Assembly: GCF_963921235.1 (NCBI RefSeq)
Contig: NC_086108.1
Coordinates: 61,940,001 to 62,004,000, forward strand
Direction: 5' to 3'
From: Mobula hypostoma
Taxonomy: Eukaryota
Length of the DNA stretch: 64,000 nt
The notes under the pieces were generated by a model. It did no database searches and had not been told where the DNA came from. It saw nothing but the letters and a program-made list of their open reading frames with translations. Of the stretch, positions 38,100 to 51,090 are shown piece by piece. Position 1 is the stretch's first letter. The number at the start of each line of letters is the position of its first letter. The position numbers were made by a program, and so were the translations under genes.

Positions 38100-39067
38100 T
38101 GGCACTGGGGCTCAGCAGGGAAGGGTAAAGTCGGGCAGAATGATAGTAATAGGAGACTTGATAGGGGAATGGACAGGAGATTCGATGGCCATGGAAGAGA
38201 TGCCAGGATGGTGTATTGCCTACAAGGTGCTAGGGTGCAGGATGTCTCAGAACGACCACAGAAGATTCTCAAGAGGGAGGGTGAGCAGCCAGAGATCATG
38301 GTGCACATTGGCACCAATGACTTAGGGTAAAAGCGAGGGAGGTCTTGCACAGTGAGCATAGGGAGTTAGGGAAGAGGCTGCAGAGCAGAAACTCCAAGGT
38401 AGTAATCACTGGGTTACTCCCAGTACCATATGCTAGTCAGGGCAGGAATAAGATGATAGCACAGATGAATGAGTGGTTTAGAATGTGGTGCAGGTTGCAA
38501 GATTTCAGATTTCTGGATGATTGGGATCTCTCTGGAGAAAGTATGACCTGTACAAAAAGGACAGGTTACACCTGAACCCGATTGGGGCCAACATCTTTGC
38601 AGACAGGTTTGCTAGAGCTGTTAGTGAGGATTTAAACTAATTTGGCAGGTAGATGGGAACTAGAGTGATAGGGCTGAAGATGGGGCAGTTCGAAGTACAA
38701 GTCGATGCATTGTGAAGTGAAACTGTGAGGAATGACAGGCAGATGATAGGGCAAAATTGCAGTCAGTAGGATAAGTTGAAGTGCAATATGGGGGTCAAGA
38801 TTAAAAAGGGTGATGCATACAGGACTGGAGGTGTTATATTTGAATTCACACAGTATATGGAATAAGGTAGAAGACCATGTAACGCAGTTAGAAATTGGCA
38901 GATATGATGTTGTGGGCATCACTGAGTCATGGCGCAAGGAAGATTATAGTTGGGAGCTTAACATCCAAGGATACACCTTGTATTGAAAGGACAGGCAGGT
39001 AGGCAGAGGGGATGTGGTGGTTTTGTTGGTAAAAAATGAAATAAAATCCTTAGAAAGTGGTGACATG

Positions 39068-41136
39068 GGGGGACTTCCGGCGAGGCACGAGGCGAGATGG
39101 CAGCACAGCACTGAGCACTGACATATAACCCTCCTTTTTCAAGTTCTTTAGGGTTCATAGATGGTCTTAACACAAGATTGAGTTGGGGAAAGATATAACT
39201 AAAGACATGATCTCAAAAAAAGATCAAAATTCAACCAGGAAACAAGATACCAGCAGATGACACCAAGCTAGCGATTCATCCGAGGAAATAGCTTTGCTAA
39301 TTAAGCAAACAATGGCAACGGAGATGGAATCGCTGCAAGAAACGGTAGTCCACATGCTAAAGAAGTCGCTGGAAAAGGCTCTTGACCCCATACAGAAGCA
39401 TATGGCAGAGAATGGCAACATTCTCCGGTCATTAAAGGAGCAAGCGGACATTCATGCTAAAAAATTTAGCACGGTCTTCAACAAAATAGACAACATTCAG
39501 ATTTGCTTACGCAAGAATGAGAAAGTTACTAACTCCTGTCTCGCGGAGGTGTCTAAGATATGGAAGAAGCTAAACGACTTGGAGGACAAGTCCAGGAGAA
39601 ACAATGTGCGGCTGGTCAACTTACCGACAGATGCTGAGGGCGACGATCCAAGAGGTTACCTCCAGGAGATGCTGCCTAATTGGATTCCAGCGCTCAAGAA
39701 TTCCCACAGCACTCCATTGGAGATCGATAGAATACATAGAATCTTTTCAAACAACACCTCAACACCGCGGACCATGGTTTTTAGGCTTCTACGGTACACC
39801 GACCAGCAGGCTATCCTGGAGGGCGCGAGGAAAGCCAAGCCTACTCTCCCTGATGGCACCCAGCTACAGTTCTTCGCCGACTACATCCCCGGCACGATGT
39901 AGGAACAGCAGGGATACAAAGAGATCAGCACTAAGCTTCGACGGAAGGGGATCGACTCATTCTTCATACACCCTGCAATTTTGAGAGTGAATATAAAGTG
40001 GATAGAGATGTCATTTAACTCGGCAGAGGAAGCTAAAGAAGCTCTGAATTCATCAGTGCTGAGAGATATGGAAGACGACCCTTGGCAAAGTCCACACGCC
40101 CGTCGGGAGGAGATGGAACTGCATTAAGAACTCGGGCTAGCCTGTATGCGCAATCTAACAGGCACGGGCAAGTTAACGTCCTGGGTGTGAAGTTTTCTGG
40201 TTATTCTTTTATTGGAAAGTCATTCGATGTACTTTTGTATTTAGTTAATTAAGGAGCCAATTTGTCTCTGAGTATTGCAGGTGAGAGTTTTAAGGTAATG
40301 GCTCAGTTAACTTGTTAGTACAAGGATAACATGGTAAGGTGATACAAGTCCGCCTAGATTTATACTTTTTATCTTTTACTTTCTAAGGTGATATTCAATA
40401 TACCCAAATGTCATACTTCATCAAGAATGAAGCTGAAAAACAGCAGTTTGTTCTGATTCTGAATAACTTTAGTTGTACATGTTCATTTCGGGTTATGTCT
40501 CCAGTAGACTTGTTTACGTTCCTGGGCGCCAGATAAGACATCACTGGTGCCATTGCAAAGCGACAGACTATTAAACCAACAGTTTCTCACAAGAGAGCTG
40601 TTGGGATCTTGATTACGTGGTATATTATATTTGAGACGGAAATGGTTTTAATTATATAGGTTAATGGGTTTGTCCAGGTTTTTTTTTTCTTGTCTCTTTG
40701 ATATGATTGTCTATGAGAACTGCTTTGCCTTTCTAATTTGTTGGTGCGAGAGGGGGGCGGTTATTGTTCAGTGTCTGACATTGCTAAGTGACACTCACAG
40801 ATGTTACAAAGTAAAGGGTTGAATGTGAGGGGTGATGGGAGGGGTGGTGGGAAGGGGGTAACTCAGGGCTCCACCACCAACTTACAACAACAGATTCAGG
40901 GGAGGATGAGCAACACAGATAAATTAGAAAATCTTACTGTTGTACAAAATAGGAATGCTTTGTCTGTGTATGCACTACTATTCAGTTGGTTGGTGGAGGG
41001 GAGAGGGATGGGGGGAGAGAGGGGTGGAAGGGGGATGGTGCTGAAGGTTGGGATAAACAGTCAAAATGTAATTGGCAACTGGTTGTATTGAAAGTAATTT
41101 GTTGGAGTTGCAATAAAAAATTAGTAACAAATAAAA
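39068..41136 (+). mobile_element. ORF1-only L1-derived element (HAL1-like)
   Basis: 5' gggggacttccgg start. L1 ORF1 (LNDLEDKSRRNNVRLVNLP...IDRIHR...QFFADY). No ORF2 motifs seen. aataaa and an A-rich end. 16-bp TSD agaaagt(g/t)gtgacatg. Confidence 0.85.
39208..40126 (+). pseudogene. L1-type ORF1 protein (coiled coil, RRM, CTD) with premature stops
   Basis: ATG at 39208, with in-frame stops near 39258 and 39900 bracketing ORF 39294-39902. Confidence 0.8.
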
Positions 41137-42836
41137 AGAAAGTTGTGACATGTGATCAGAAGATGTAGAACCCTTGTGGGTAGAGGTAAGAAACTGCAAG
41201 GGTAAAAAGACCCTGATCCCTGATGGGAATTATATACAAGCCTCCGAACAGTAGCCAGGATGTGGGATATAAATTTCAAAGAGAAATAGAAAAGGCGTGT
41301 AATAAGGGCAATGTTACGATAGTCATGGGGGATTTCAATATGCAGGTAGATTGGGAAAATCAGGTTGGTGTGGGATTCCAAGGGAGGAATTTGTAGAATG
41401 CCTAAGAGATGGCGTTTTAAATCAGCTTGTTACAGTGGTATAAGGGGAATTATAGAGGTGTGAGAGAGAAAATGAAAAAGTTGATTGGAAGGGGACACCA
41501 GCAGGAACGACGACAGAACAGCAATGGTTAGAATTTCTGGGGGAGATTCGGAAGGTGCAGGATAGATAAATCCCAAAGAAGAAAAAGAATTCCAAAGAGA
41601 GGATAAGGAAAGATTGGCTGCCAAGGGAAGTCAAAGACAGCATAAAAGGAAAAGAGAGGGCATATAATATAGCAAAAATTAGTGGGAAGTTAGAGGATTC
41701 GGAATCTTTTAAAAACCAACAGAAGGTAACTAAAAAAGCCAAAAAGAGAGAAAAGATGAAAAATGAAGCTAGACAGTGATATAAAAGACCATACCAATTG
41801 TTTTTAAAACATACATACAAAGTAAAAGAGAAGTGAGAGTGGATATCAGACCCCTGGAAAATGATGCTGGAGAGGTAATAATGGGGGGGAGGGACAAAGA
41901 AATACCAGACAAATGTACGTATTTTGCGCCATTACAAGTAGTAATGCAGAAATTTGAAGTTTAAGGGGGCAGCAATGAATGTAGTTGCTATTACTAAGGA
42001 GAAAGTTCTTGGGAAGCTGAAAGGTCTGAAGGTAGATATGTCACCTGGACCAGATGGTGTACATCCCAGAGTTCTAAATGAGGTAGCTGAAGAGATTGTG
42101 GATTCATTAGTAACAATCTTTCAAGAATCATTAGATTCTGGACTTGTTCCAGTGTACTGGAAAATTGCGTATGTCACTCCACTCTTTAAAAAGTGAGGCA
42201 AAAGAAAGAACATTATGGGCCAGTTAGCCTGACTTCCGTGGTTGGGAAGATACTGAAGTCCATTATTAAGGATGAGCTTTCAGGGTACTTGGAGGCACAT
42301 GATAAAGCAGGCCAAAGTCAGCATGGTTTGTTTAAGGGGAAAGTCTTGCCTGACACAAGTGTTGGAATTCTTTAAGGAAATAACAGGCAAGATAGACTAA
42401 AGAGAGTCAGTGGATGTTGTTTACCTGGATATTCAGAAGGCCTTTGACAAGGTACCACATATGAGGCTGCTTAACAAGAGTCGGTGGTATTTCAGGAAAG
42501 ACTTCTGGTAAGATGGCAGCATGTTCAAACGCAGTGACCTCTCGGGGGGCCAGTCAGAAGTGTTTTTGTCCTTTTTGTGATCACAGGATAATGTTGGACA
42601 TTAAGAACATCAGGTACTGCAGGTCTACTCCATCAGCAAGCTGCTCAGTGGTGGAGCAGCTAGAGGAGCTGGACTGGTGCGGACTGCGTTACTGCCTGCT
42701 ACAGGAAGGCCTCAGGGTCGGTGCCCGAAGGCAGAGTGCAGTCTATCAGCGAACGACTGCCTTGGACCTTCCTCCTGTGATTGCAAGAACATGTTAGATA
42801 CTGTAATGTAGAATGCTGCAAGTATATTTCCCTTAC

Positions 42837-43053
42837 AACAGGAATTCTGCAGATGCTGGAAATTCAAACAACACACATCAAATTTGCTGGTGAACGCAGC
42901 GGGCCAGGCAGCATCTCTAGGAAGAGGCGCAGTCGACGTTTCAGGCCAAGACGTCCTGATGAAGGGTCTCAGCCTGAAACGTCGACTGCACCTCTTCCTA
43001 GAGATGCTGCCTGGCCTGCTGCGTTCACCAGCAACTTTGATGTGTGTTGCTTG
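42837..43053. mobile_element. Palindromic PLE-terminus derivative
   Basis: About 80-bp inverted arms (42870-42950 versus 42966-43049) with few mismatches. No TSD seen. Confidence 0.88.
42953..42986 (+). ncRNA. Minimal type I hammerhead ribozyme motif
   Basis: gtc-CTGATGA-agg(gtctcag)cct-GAAA-c-GTC-gac: core boxes, stem II, short stem I and a vestigial stem III, as known for PLE hammerheads. Activity untested. Confidence 0.7.
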
Positions 43054-43354
43054 TTCTGCTTTGTGTACAGTTTCGGAAGTAGGTTTAGATCACCAGTGAG
43101 GAAGAAACCTCCATCAAAAATAGACGGTAATACTTCAATGTTAAAAATCAGTTTGTGGAAGATCCATGAAGGGAGGTGACAAGGTAGAGCTGGGTGTCAA
43201 TGATATATACACGGAAACTAATCTGATATCATTTGACATCAGGCAGCAAAAGGATTCCACAAGTAGATGCTCGGGGTGCACCAGAGGGAATAGTAAATGA
43301 GTAGGAAGCCAGTCATACAGAGCAAAAAGTGTCAACAGACTCAAGTCTAGATGA

Positions 43355-44070
43355 ACAATGAACGTAATAGCACAGTAAAGGCCCTTCAGCCTATTATGTT
43401 GTGCCGATCTTTTAACCTTTCTCTCCTACGTGGCCCTCCATTTTTCTAACATGCACATGCTTGTCTCAGCGTTTCTTAAATGCCCCTAATGTACCTGCCT
43501 CTACTATCATCCCCAGTGGGCATTCCATCACCCAGTACTACATGCAAAAGAAAAACTTACCTCTGACATTCCCCCTATTCTTTCCTCCAATCACCTTAAA
43601 ATTATGTCCCTCTTATGAACCATTTCTGCCCTGGGCAAAGGTCTCTGGCTGCCCACTCATTCTATTCCTCTTATCACCTTGTATACCTCCATCAGTCACC
43701 TCTCATCCTCCTTCAGTCCAAAGAGAAAAGTCCTAGCTCGCTCAACCTGTCCTCATAAGACACGCTCTCTCATTCAGGCAGCATCCTCTCCAAAGCTTTC
43801 ACTTCCTTCCCATTGTGAAGCTACCTGAACTGAACACAACATCCCAAGTGTGGTAGAACAAAGGTTTTATAGAGTTGTAACACTACCTCACAGTTCTTGA
43901 ACTCATTATCCCAACTAATGAAGGCCGACAAACCATTTGTCTTTCTAATGACCCTATCAACTTGTGAAGCAACTCTGAGGGATCAATGGACTTGGAGCCC
44001 TAGACCTTCCTGTTCCTCCACACTATTCAGAATCCTGCCATTAACTCTGTATTATGCCTTCATATTCATC
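43355..44070 (-). mobile_element. CR1 3' fragment
   Basis: Minus strand PHLGCCVQFR-like region near 43830-43860 and a CR1 3' UTR near 43370. Confidence 0.75.
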
Positions 44071-44769
44071 CTTCTGGGCATTTTTTGGATGAACCTAGGT
44101 TACTGTAGAAGAAAAAGTGGAAAATGCAGAAGCTCTGAAAGCAATCTTTCAATCCTCTTTGGAGCCTGAGGGATGAATAACTGCAAATGATTCACCGTCA
44201 GTTAATGAATGGGCAGGATGATGACCTGTAACTTCAGATCAGTCAATCTAATAAATGAATGCCAGCAGAGATGTCTAAAATATAAACTTTGACTAAGGGA
44301 GGAGAAAACATTCACCTAGAGGATGGTGAGGATCTCAAATTCTCCAAATGAAACCTTCTCCCATTTAAAAGTCACACCCTGGATCAGTAATTGCCCCAAC
44401 CTTTAACTCTACTAAGATGTGGAAAGTGAAATGTAATAAGTGAAGTAGTTCCCCATGCTTTCCATGGACAGAATGGAAGTATGAACTTCTATTTCTGTGA
44501 TTCTATGAACCTAACATCACAGAGATCTGCTGGTGTCCCGGACAACATTCCTCCTTCCCCTTGCATTACCAGCGCAGATTCTTTGGTTAGTCATATTTTT
44601 ATATTTTTATGATATTATGAAGCCCTTTGTCCCATCAAACGTATGCCAGCCTGCTCAGCATCTCATCCCTCTCATCCATGTAAGCTGTCCTTTCTCTCAC
44701 GGCATCAAGTCCATCTCCTCATCTCCACAAACCCCGTACACACACACACACACAAAATTCTCCAACCAT

Positions 44770-44980
44770 TCAACTATCTTCAGCAATTTACAGTACGCTA
44801 TTTCCTGATCAGACAACACATATTTGGGATTTGGGATGTGGGAGTGTGACACAAGTACCCAGGAAGAACCCATGTAGTCACAAGCGAAACATTGAACTTC
44901 ACACAGTTAGCACTGGATGTCAAGAGTAAACTTCAGTCACTAAAACTGTGAGCCAGTCACAGTACCTGCAGTGTAACGTG
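44770..44980 (-). mobile_element. Degraded V-SINE
   Basis: gtacccaggaagaacccatgtagtcac, similar to 13430-13460. Confidence 0.5.
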
Positions 44981-45059
44981 CCTTCCTCTGCTGTAAGTGG
45001 GTCCACTCTGTGCATTAATTAGCCGTACTGTTTTTCTCTACAACAAATACTACACATCC

Positions 45060-46390
45060 CTTAGTCAGCTTGGACCAGGAAAAAGACCTTGACAGGGTAT
45101 CACACACGTACATGATGGATGTATTCTCTGGGGAGGAAATCAGGAATTGGATCTAGCTGCTCTACACAGACACCTAGAGTGCAGTCCAAATCATTGGATG
45201 AGAAACAGACAGCTTTCCCAGTAAATCTGGAGTCAGGCCTGGTTCCCCACTCTCCCTTACCTTGTTTGTGTGCTGTATAGAGCCCTTTGCTGAAGCCATC
45301 AGGAAGGATAAGAGCATAAGGTGTGAGACACCTCCAGGCAGTGGAGGGACCCAAGTGAAAAACTCCCAGTACCTGGACAACGTCACTCTCTTCCGCTCAG
45401 ATCAGAGGTGAGTTTGCAGATTGATCAGCATCTCTGACCAGTATGATTTGGCACCAGGGGCCAGAGTTAACCCCACAAAGAGCGAGGTCACGCTCTTTGG
45501 CAACTGGCCCGACTGATCCAGTGCCCCCTTCACCATCAGGTCTGATTACGTGAGGGTGCTGGGGACCTGGTTCAGGGAGGCTGAGGTGTACAACAAGAAT
45601 TAGCTGGGGTGGATTGGGACGGTAAAACAGAAAGTGATACTGTGAGGAGGGCACTCCCGATCGATAACTGGGAATAACCGGGCCATCATGAGTGAGCTGC
45701 TCTCATGGTGTGGCCCATTCCCCATTCTTCCAGCTTGGGAATCATCCCAGCGGTCCTCAGGTTCAACTGGGGATCCAACATGGAGCGGGTCTGTGCCAAT
45801 CCCCTGGATAAAGGAGGCAAAACATACCCAATATTGCCCTCTAAGAATGGCGGGTTTGCGAAGAGGGTATGGAGAAAGATGCGAGGGCCTGGGCCATGGT
45901 TTATCCAAAGCAGCTGTTTGTTGAGGACTCTCTGACCTACAGACTGTTCGCAGGGCCACAAACATCAAGTGCTGCTAGGAGATCATCGATGAAAGATGCT
46001 CTTTGGTCTGCCTGAAAGTTGTAGGTCTGCCAGCAGGTTGAGATATGCATGCAGGAATGCTGCCGACTGACCCATTCCAGGCTACAGGAGCACGTGCCGA
46101 GGGAAACAGTGGGAAGCTTGCTGCAGCCACCACACAGGCTCAGTGGGGAAGGACCATAGTGTAGGGTTCTTCGGCTACTGGAGATGGGGTGGGGGAGGTA
46201 CCAGGTCAATAATACCCCTCAATTATTGTAGTGGTATACCACCCCAGGAGCCACACAAGTGGCAGCTGTGTTGTCAGTGTTGTTGAGTGTAATAGAACAG
46301 TATGGAACGCTTTGACTACGAATGTAAAGAACGAAAAAGCATTGAACTTGTAAATACTTTTTTTACTATGAGTAAAGCTTATTTTATTAA
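45060..46390 (+). mobile_element. Tx1-like (L1 clade) LINE remnant with internal deletions
   Basis: Manual translation gives LDQEKDLDRVSHTYM, SGVRPG, LFVCCIEPFAEAIR, QYLDNV and a C-terminal KDALWSA. Confidence 0.75.
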
Positions 46391-46879
46391 AATTAGTTAG
46401 GATGTGCTCAGGAACTGACGTGGAATGTGATGACAGGATCTTCTTAATGCGAAATATATTGGACACATCCACACATGCAGTCATGCCACAGGTTACCGAG
46501 CATAGCTCTGCACACGCCACAGGAATTGATATTTCCTAATTCTGAAATTATTTACCAAACATCAAAATCAGCTTGTAGCCTGCTAATTTCACCCCCTGTT
46601 GTCAGTCTTTGTGTACGTTTTCTATAATCTATGAACTTAATAACAGTGCTTTTAATGTCTTCCTGGGGACTACTAATAAATATAATGAGCAGCCAAGATT
46701 CTTAATACAGATCACAAGGGAAACTCCATTTAATCCTATTATAATTATCTTAGTTTCAATCTCCTAAAGATGCTTTCTTTCACTAATAATATCAAAAACT
46801 CAGTATGATTGCTGTTAAAATTTTCCAACCAGTCACAACCCTTCCCCCATATAACATCATTAGCACACAAGTGTCAAAT

Positions 46880-47635
46880 GAGTTCAAAGATTCGAAGTAC
46901 ATTTATTCTCAAAGTAGGTAGCACTGTATAACCCTGAGATTCGTCTTACCCACAGACAGTCATGAAACACAGAAAAATCATGGAACCCAATCAAAGAAAA
47001 TCATCAATCCCTCACGCTTAAGAAAAATCATGCAAATGGCAACCAAAAAAGAAGAGCAAAGATCATAGAATACAAAACACAAAATTGAAGGAGTCCAGGC
47101 ATAGTCAGTTCAGCTCGGAGTTTGTTATCTGTAGGCTGCCCAATTCAAAATATCCAAAATAGCAACAAAAAAAGAGCAAACAGAAACCAGAAACATATCA
47201 TAACGTGAACTACAGAGTCAAATTCACAAACCATGTTGATTACCCTGTCCAAGACCTGAACTCCGGCACTATCCTCCCAGCATCAAGGGAAAGGGAGATG
47301 GTCACATGCAGACACCTGTCTCCAGCAGCAGCAAGTCAGAGGTTGAACATCCACTCACCTCGATGACTTCAGTCTTCCTCTGTGCTTTAATTGGTGAGAT
47401 TGCCGAGAAATGGGGTTAATCATGGGCTCACACCCCGTCTTCAGGCTTCTTGGCCTCGAGGGACACCCTTTGCACAAAGCCTCACAGACAGCAGATCAAT
47501 CAGCCCGAAAACACACCACGAAAATGTAAATCACAGAGGCAAAACCACATTGGAAAGAAAAAGATGTAAAAGAAGTAATAGTGGTTGTTTCATGAACCAT
47601 CTGGAGGATGTTGCCCTTGTTCGCACTGTTCTACT
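46880..47635 (-). mobile_element. Probable non-coding retroposon with a Rex-type tail
   Basis: Minus-strand end aatctcagggttata...aataaatgtacttcgaatctttgaact resembles 60745-60817. Confidence 0.5.
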
Positions 47636-48374
47636 GAGGTGCATTCAAGGTATAGTCACTGTTTTATTTGGTTTATCATTTTCAAGTTGCTGTAGCCGAT
47701 CTGTTAATTGTAAGGGGTGCAGGTGGGTCTGAGCACAACTGCAGACAGAGGCAGTGACAGCAAATGTCTTCAAACTTTACTTCAGCAGTCAGAGATACTT
47801 AGCACAGCTGTCTTGCCACATTCACTTGTTCAGAATCCAACCAGAATACACAAGCAACTTGGGAGTTCCCAGCAAATACAACAAAAAGACTTCAGATAAA
47901 CTGTCCCACAAGAACCAATACTTCAGGAGAAAATCAGACAAGTTTATCTACAAGACACAGGGAATGTTTCCACAGGCTAGATCCCAGGCAAGTCTTTTCA
48001 CAGTACAGGTGCAGGTAAGTAAATCCACAGAGAATGAATAACTCTAACAGTTGATACTGAGCAACTGGAAGACGCAGCCACCAGCCTTAAACACATCTCA
48101 ATCCGTCTCAGGTGTGTCCTGTAAATCCAGTTGAGATTCCTCCCAGTGATTAAGGAGAAGGTCTCCACCCAGACAGATGACATTATTGCTGTTGGAGGTG
48201 TCGATGACACCTGCTGGGTGCTTGAGGTGTTACAACCACAGCAAATTTGGATATCAATGCCAATCAAAATAGCTGTGTTCCTAGACAATTTTCAATTGGC
48301 ATTTAGTTGATGGGCCAAATTGCTTCCTTCAACATTGTAAAGAAATATACTTAATAAAATATATTGTTCACATT

Positions 48375-48605
48375 CATTCAGTTTATTGTCATTCAATCGT
48401 ACACATGTATATCACCAAACAACGTACCTCCAGACCAAGATGCAAAACACAGTACATATAACTCACACGCAGCACATAATGTAATATTACCATAAATACA
48501 TTAACAAATAATAAGGTGAATACAAGTTAAAATGTAAACAGTATAAGGCTACTGGCCCTTCATACGTGATGAGACCTGGGTGATGGCAGGGAGATCAGTA
48601 GTCTT
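48375..48605 (-). mobile_element. Rex1-like 3' UTR fragment
   Basis: Reverse complement of about 2100-2310. Confidence 0.7.
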
Positions 48606-49882
48606 GATATTGCTGTTGATCATTGCTGGAGATGTCCATGGTGATCCTGATCATGTCCTTAACTTTGTTTTGTGGAATGAAAGTTACCTGTACATAATTT
48701 TGACTAGATGATTGGACAGTTAATAACCAGTTATTACAGAGGCTTGACTGAGTGCAGTTTTAATCTGGCAGCAAGGATCCTAAGCAATAGGAGTCCAAGT
48801 ATGACCATTAATATCTGACATTGATGTCACAGCTATATGCACTTATCAACTTCATTTTAAGTTGTGGAGAAGCTGGTTTGAGGACTGATAGGACAAAGAG
48901 AATATCTCTGAAAGAATTGCTTTGGGGATGAATTGTAGAAGTTATCTGGTTGATGACTTAATGAGTGCAGTTTGAGAATGAGCATACAAACAAAGGAGAA
49001 TAAAAATGTTGTGCAAAACATGCCCAGCAACCAGAATGGAGAAAAACTGATCAATATCAGAGAGGGATGTTGGTATGTAAACAGCTAAAATGGTTGTTCA
49101 GATACCAACTGGTATAGTGACTTATCTGGAAGTCAGTAATATAAGAAAATCAAACTAGAAATCTCAAGTAAGTTACTTGAAGTTGGAGAATGTGATATTG
49201 AATCTGGAAACTTTTGACTATCTGAGAAAAATGTAATTGAAACCTAAGAATTCAAACTAGCACAAAACTTATGGTCTATCATGCAGTCATGATCCCTTCT
49301 GCATGTTTGTAACACCTGGATACTTAACTTAGGTACTTCAGAGCACTGAGAGTTACCCCCAATGCCCTCCTTTCAAAAATTTGCAAACCCACTGACAGAG
49401 TAAACAAATGGACATCAGAGTCCTCTCCCTGGCCAAGGTACTCATCACTGAAGCTCCAAATACATTCAGTCAGCTCTAAATCGAGTGCCTTTTCAGGAAC
49501 CTGCTGTCAGGAATATAAATGATATGGCCTGTCTATTAGAGCTGTCTGTATGTAATTTAAGATCATCTTAACCCTTTTCTCTATCTACAAACCTATGCTA
49601 AGAGATTAACAGATAGAGAAAAAGATTAAAATGATCTTAAAGCTTCATTCTTTATAATTCCTGATCTTTGGTTATTCAAAATGGGGAAGGAACCAGAGGA
49701 TAGTATTAAGGACCTGAATTCCATTTGCTGGAAACTCATAGAAACCCTGCAAAGTTTAGAAGCTAGCCACCTCCTAATCTACCCTCACACCAACTACCTA
49801 CTGATGAGGTTTGTAGTCCTCATCAGCCACCTCAGAGCCTCCAAACTGGAGTAGAAATGTGTTATTCTCAATCCTTAAAATA

Positions 49883-50036
49883 CAAGTCGACCTTCACTAA
49901 TCCGGCACCATTGAGACCTGAGGAGTGCCAGATTAGTGAAAATGCCGAATTACAGAAGGATCACATTAAGCATAATCAGTGCCGGATTATCGAAGGAACC
50001 GGATTACAGGTAGTCGGATTAGTGAAGGTCGACCTG
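49883..50036. mobile_element. Tc1/mariner-pogo (Tigger-like) MITE, 154 bp
   Basis: 22-bp TIR ca(a/g)gtcgaccttcactaatccg with 1 mismatch, TA on both sides. Confidence 0.88.
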
Positions 50037-50084
50037 TATTCCAAAGTAGAAGAGAAAGCTCCCCAAAAGTAGTATTGACAACCA

Positions 50085-50690
50085 GATCAGGTGACTGATT
50101 TGTGGAGCACTTATATTCAATCTGCACAGGGGTAACTGCGAACTTCCTGTTGCCTGTCATATTAATTCCCTTTCCCAGTCTGACCTATCTGTTTGTGGCC
50201 TCCTGCATTGTTACAATAATGACTAACATAAGCTTGAGTAACAACAGCTCATTTTCCATCCAGTTGCATGCTTCAGAGCCATTATCAAGTTCTCCAGCAT
50301 TAGATAAATTGCTCTCTCTGCATGAGAACTGGCCTTTCTGTTGCAATTCATCCACTGGTGATACTAGTTCAATATTTCTCCCCTTCATTAACACAGGCTA
50401 CCTAGGCATGATCAACAGCCTACAGTTCCCAACATTTTATCTGCGTGATTATTGTCTCACTGATGCCATTAAGCCATCGACCATCATGCATTTCCAGGGC
50501 AATCCAGGCCTTACCCTAACAGAGACCGTCCTTTTGTCCTTTCATTGTTCAGCTGATTGCAGCTGAAAATTAACCTTATTTTTCTTTTAATTCCGATAAA
50601 GGGGCTTTGACGTAAAACATTAACTCTGTTTGTCTTTCCATGGGCGCTGCCTGATGTAGTGAGAGTTTTTCCGGTATTTTCTGTTTATCC
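50085..50690 (+). mobile_element. Old degraded PLE 3' end
   Basis: GLLHCYN..KLE*QQLIFH resembles the GIY-YIG tail. Decayed terminal motif at 50590-50685. Confidence 0.55.
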
Positions 50691-50909
50691 TTTAGCATTG
50701 ATGAGGGGTTTTAATGGTGGCTCAGGGATACACATTGACAAGGGTTTTTTTTTCAGGTACAGATTTATTTATCACTGTACATAGAAACATACAGTGAAAT
50801 AGGTCATTTGCGTTAGCAACCAACACACCCTAAGGACATGCTGGGGGCTGCCCATAAGTGTCGCCACACATTCCAATGCCAACATAGCATGCCCAGGACC
50901 TTTGGAGAT

Positions 50910-51090
50910 AACTCCTCTACTCTTCTTCAAAATTGCACCCTTTGCATTGACCTAAATAACCAATTGGTTTAATATATCCTTGTAAAATCAGAATCTCCAG
51001 CTACGCAACACTCTCAGTATTGTGATGGAGTGTCGGCCTAGATTTTACTGCAAATATTCAGAATGGAACTTGAACCCATAACCTACTGAC
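50910..51090 (-). mobile_element. Deu-domain SINE remnant
   Basis: ctctcagtattgtgatggagtgtcggcctagatttt...gaacttgaacccataacct resembles the recalled DeuSINE consensus. Confidence 0.6.

Larger units (their letters stand above)
37800..42505 (+). mobile_element. CR1 LINE (ORF1, APE, RT start), interrupted by a half-L1
   Basis: VHIGTND in ORF 37908-38330, APE near 38830-39060 resuming at 41153, and ORF 41954-42196 (SPGPDGVHPRVL). Confidence 0.88.

Noticed and set aside
47754..48041. 95-aa ORF overlapping a strong donor cag|gtaagt
   Set aside because: No recognisable domain or clear acceptor.
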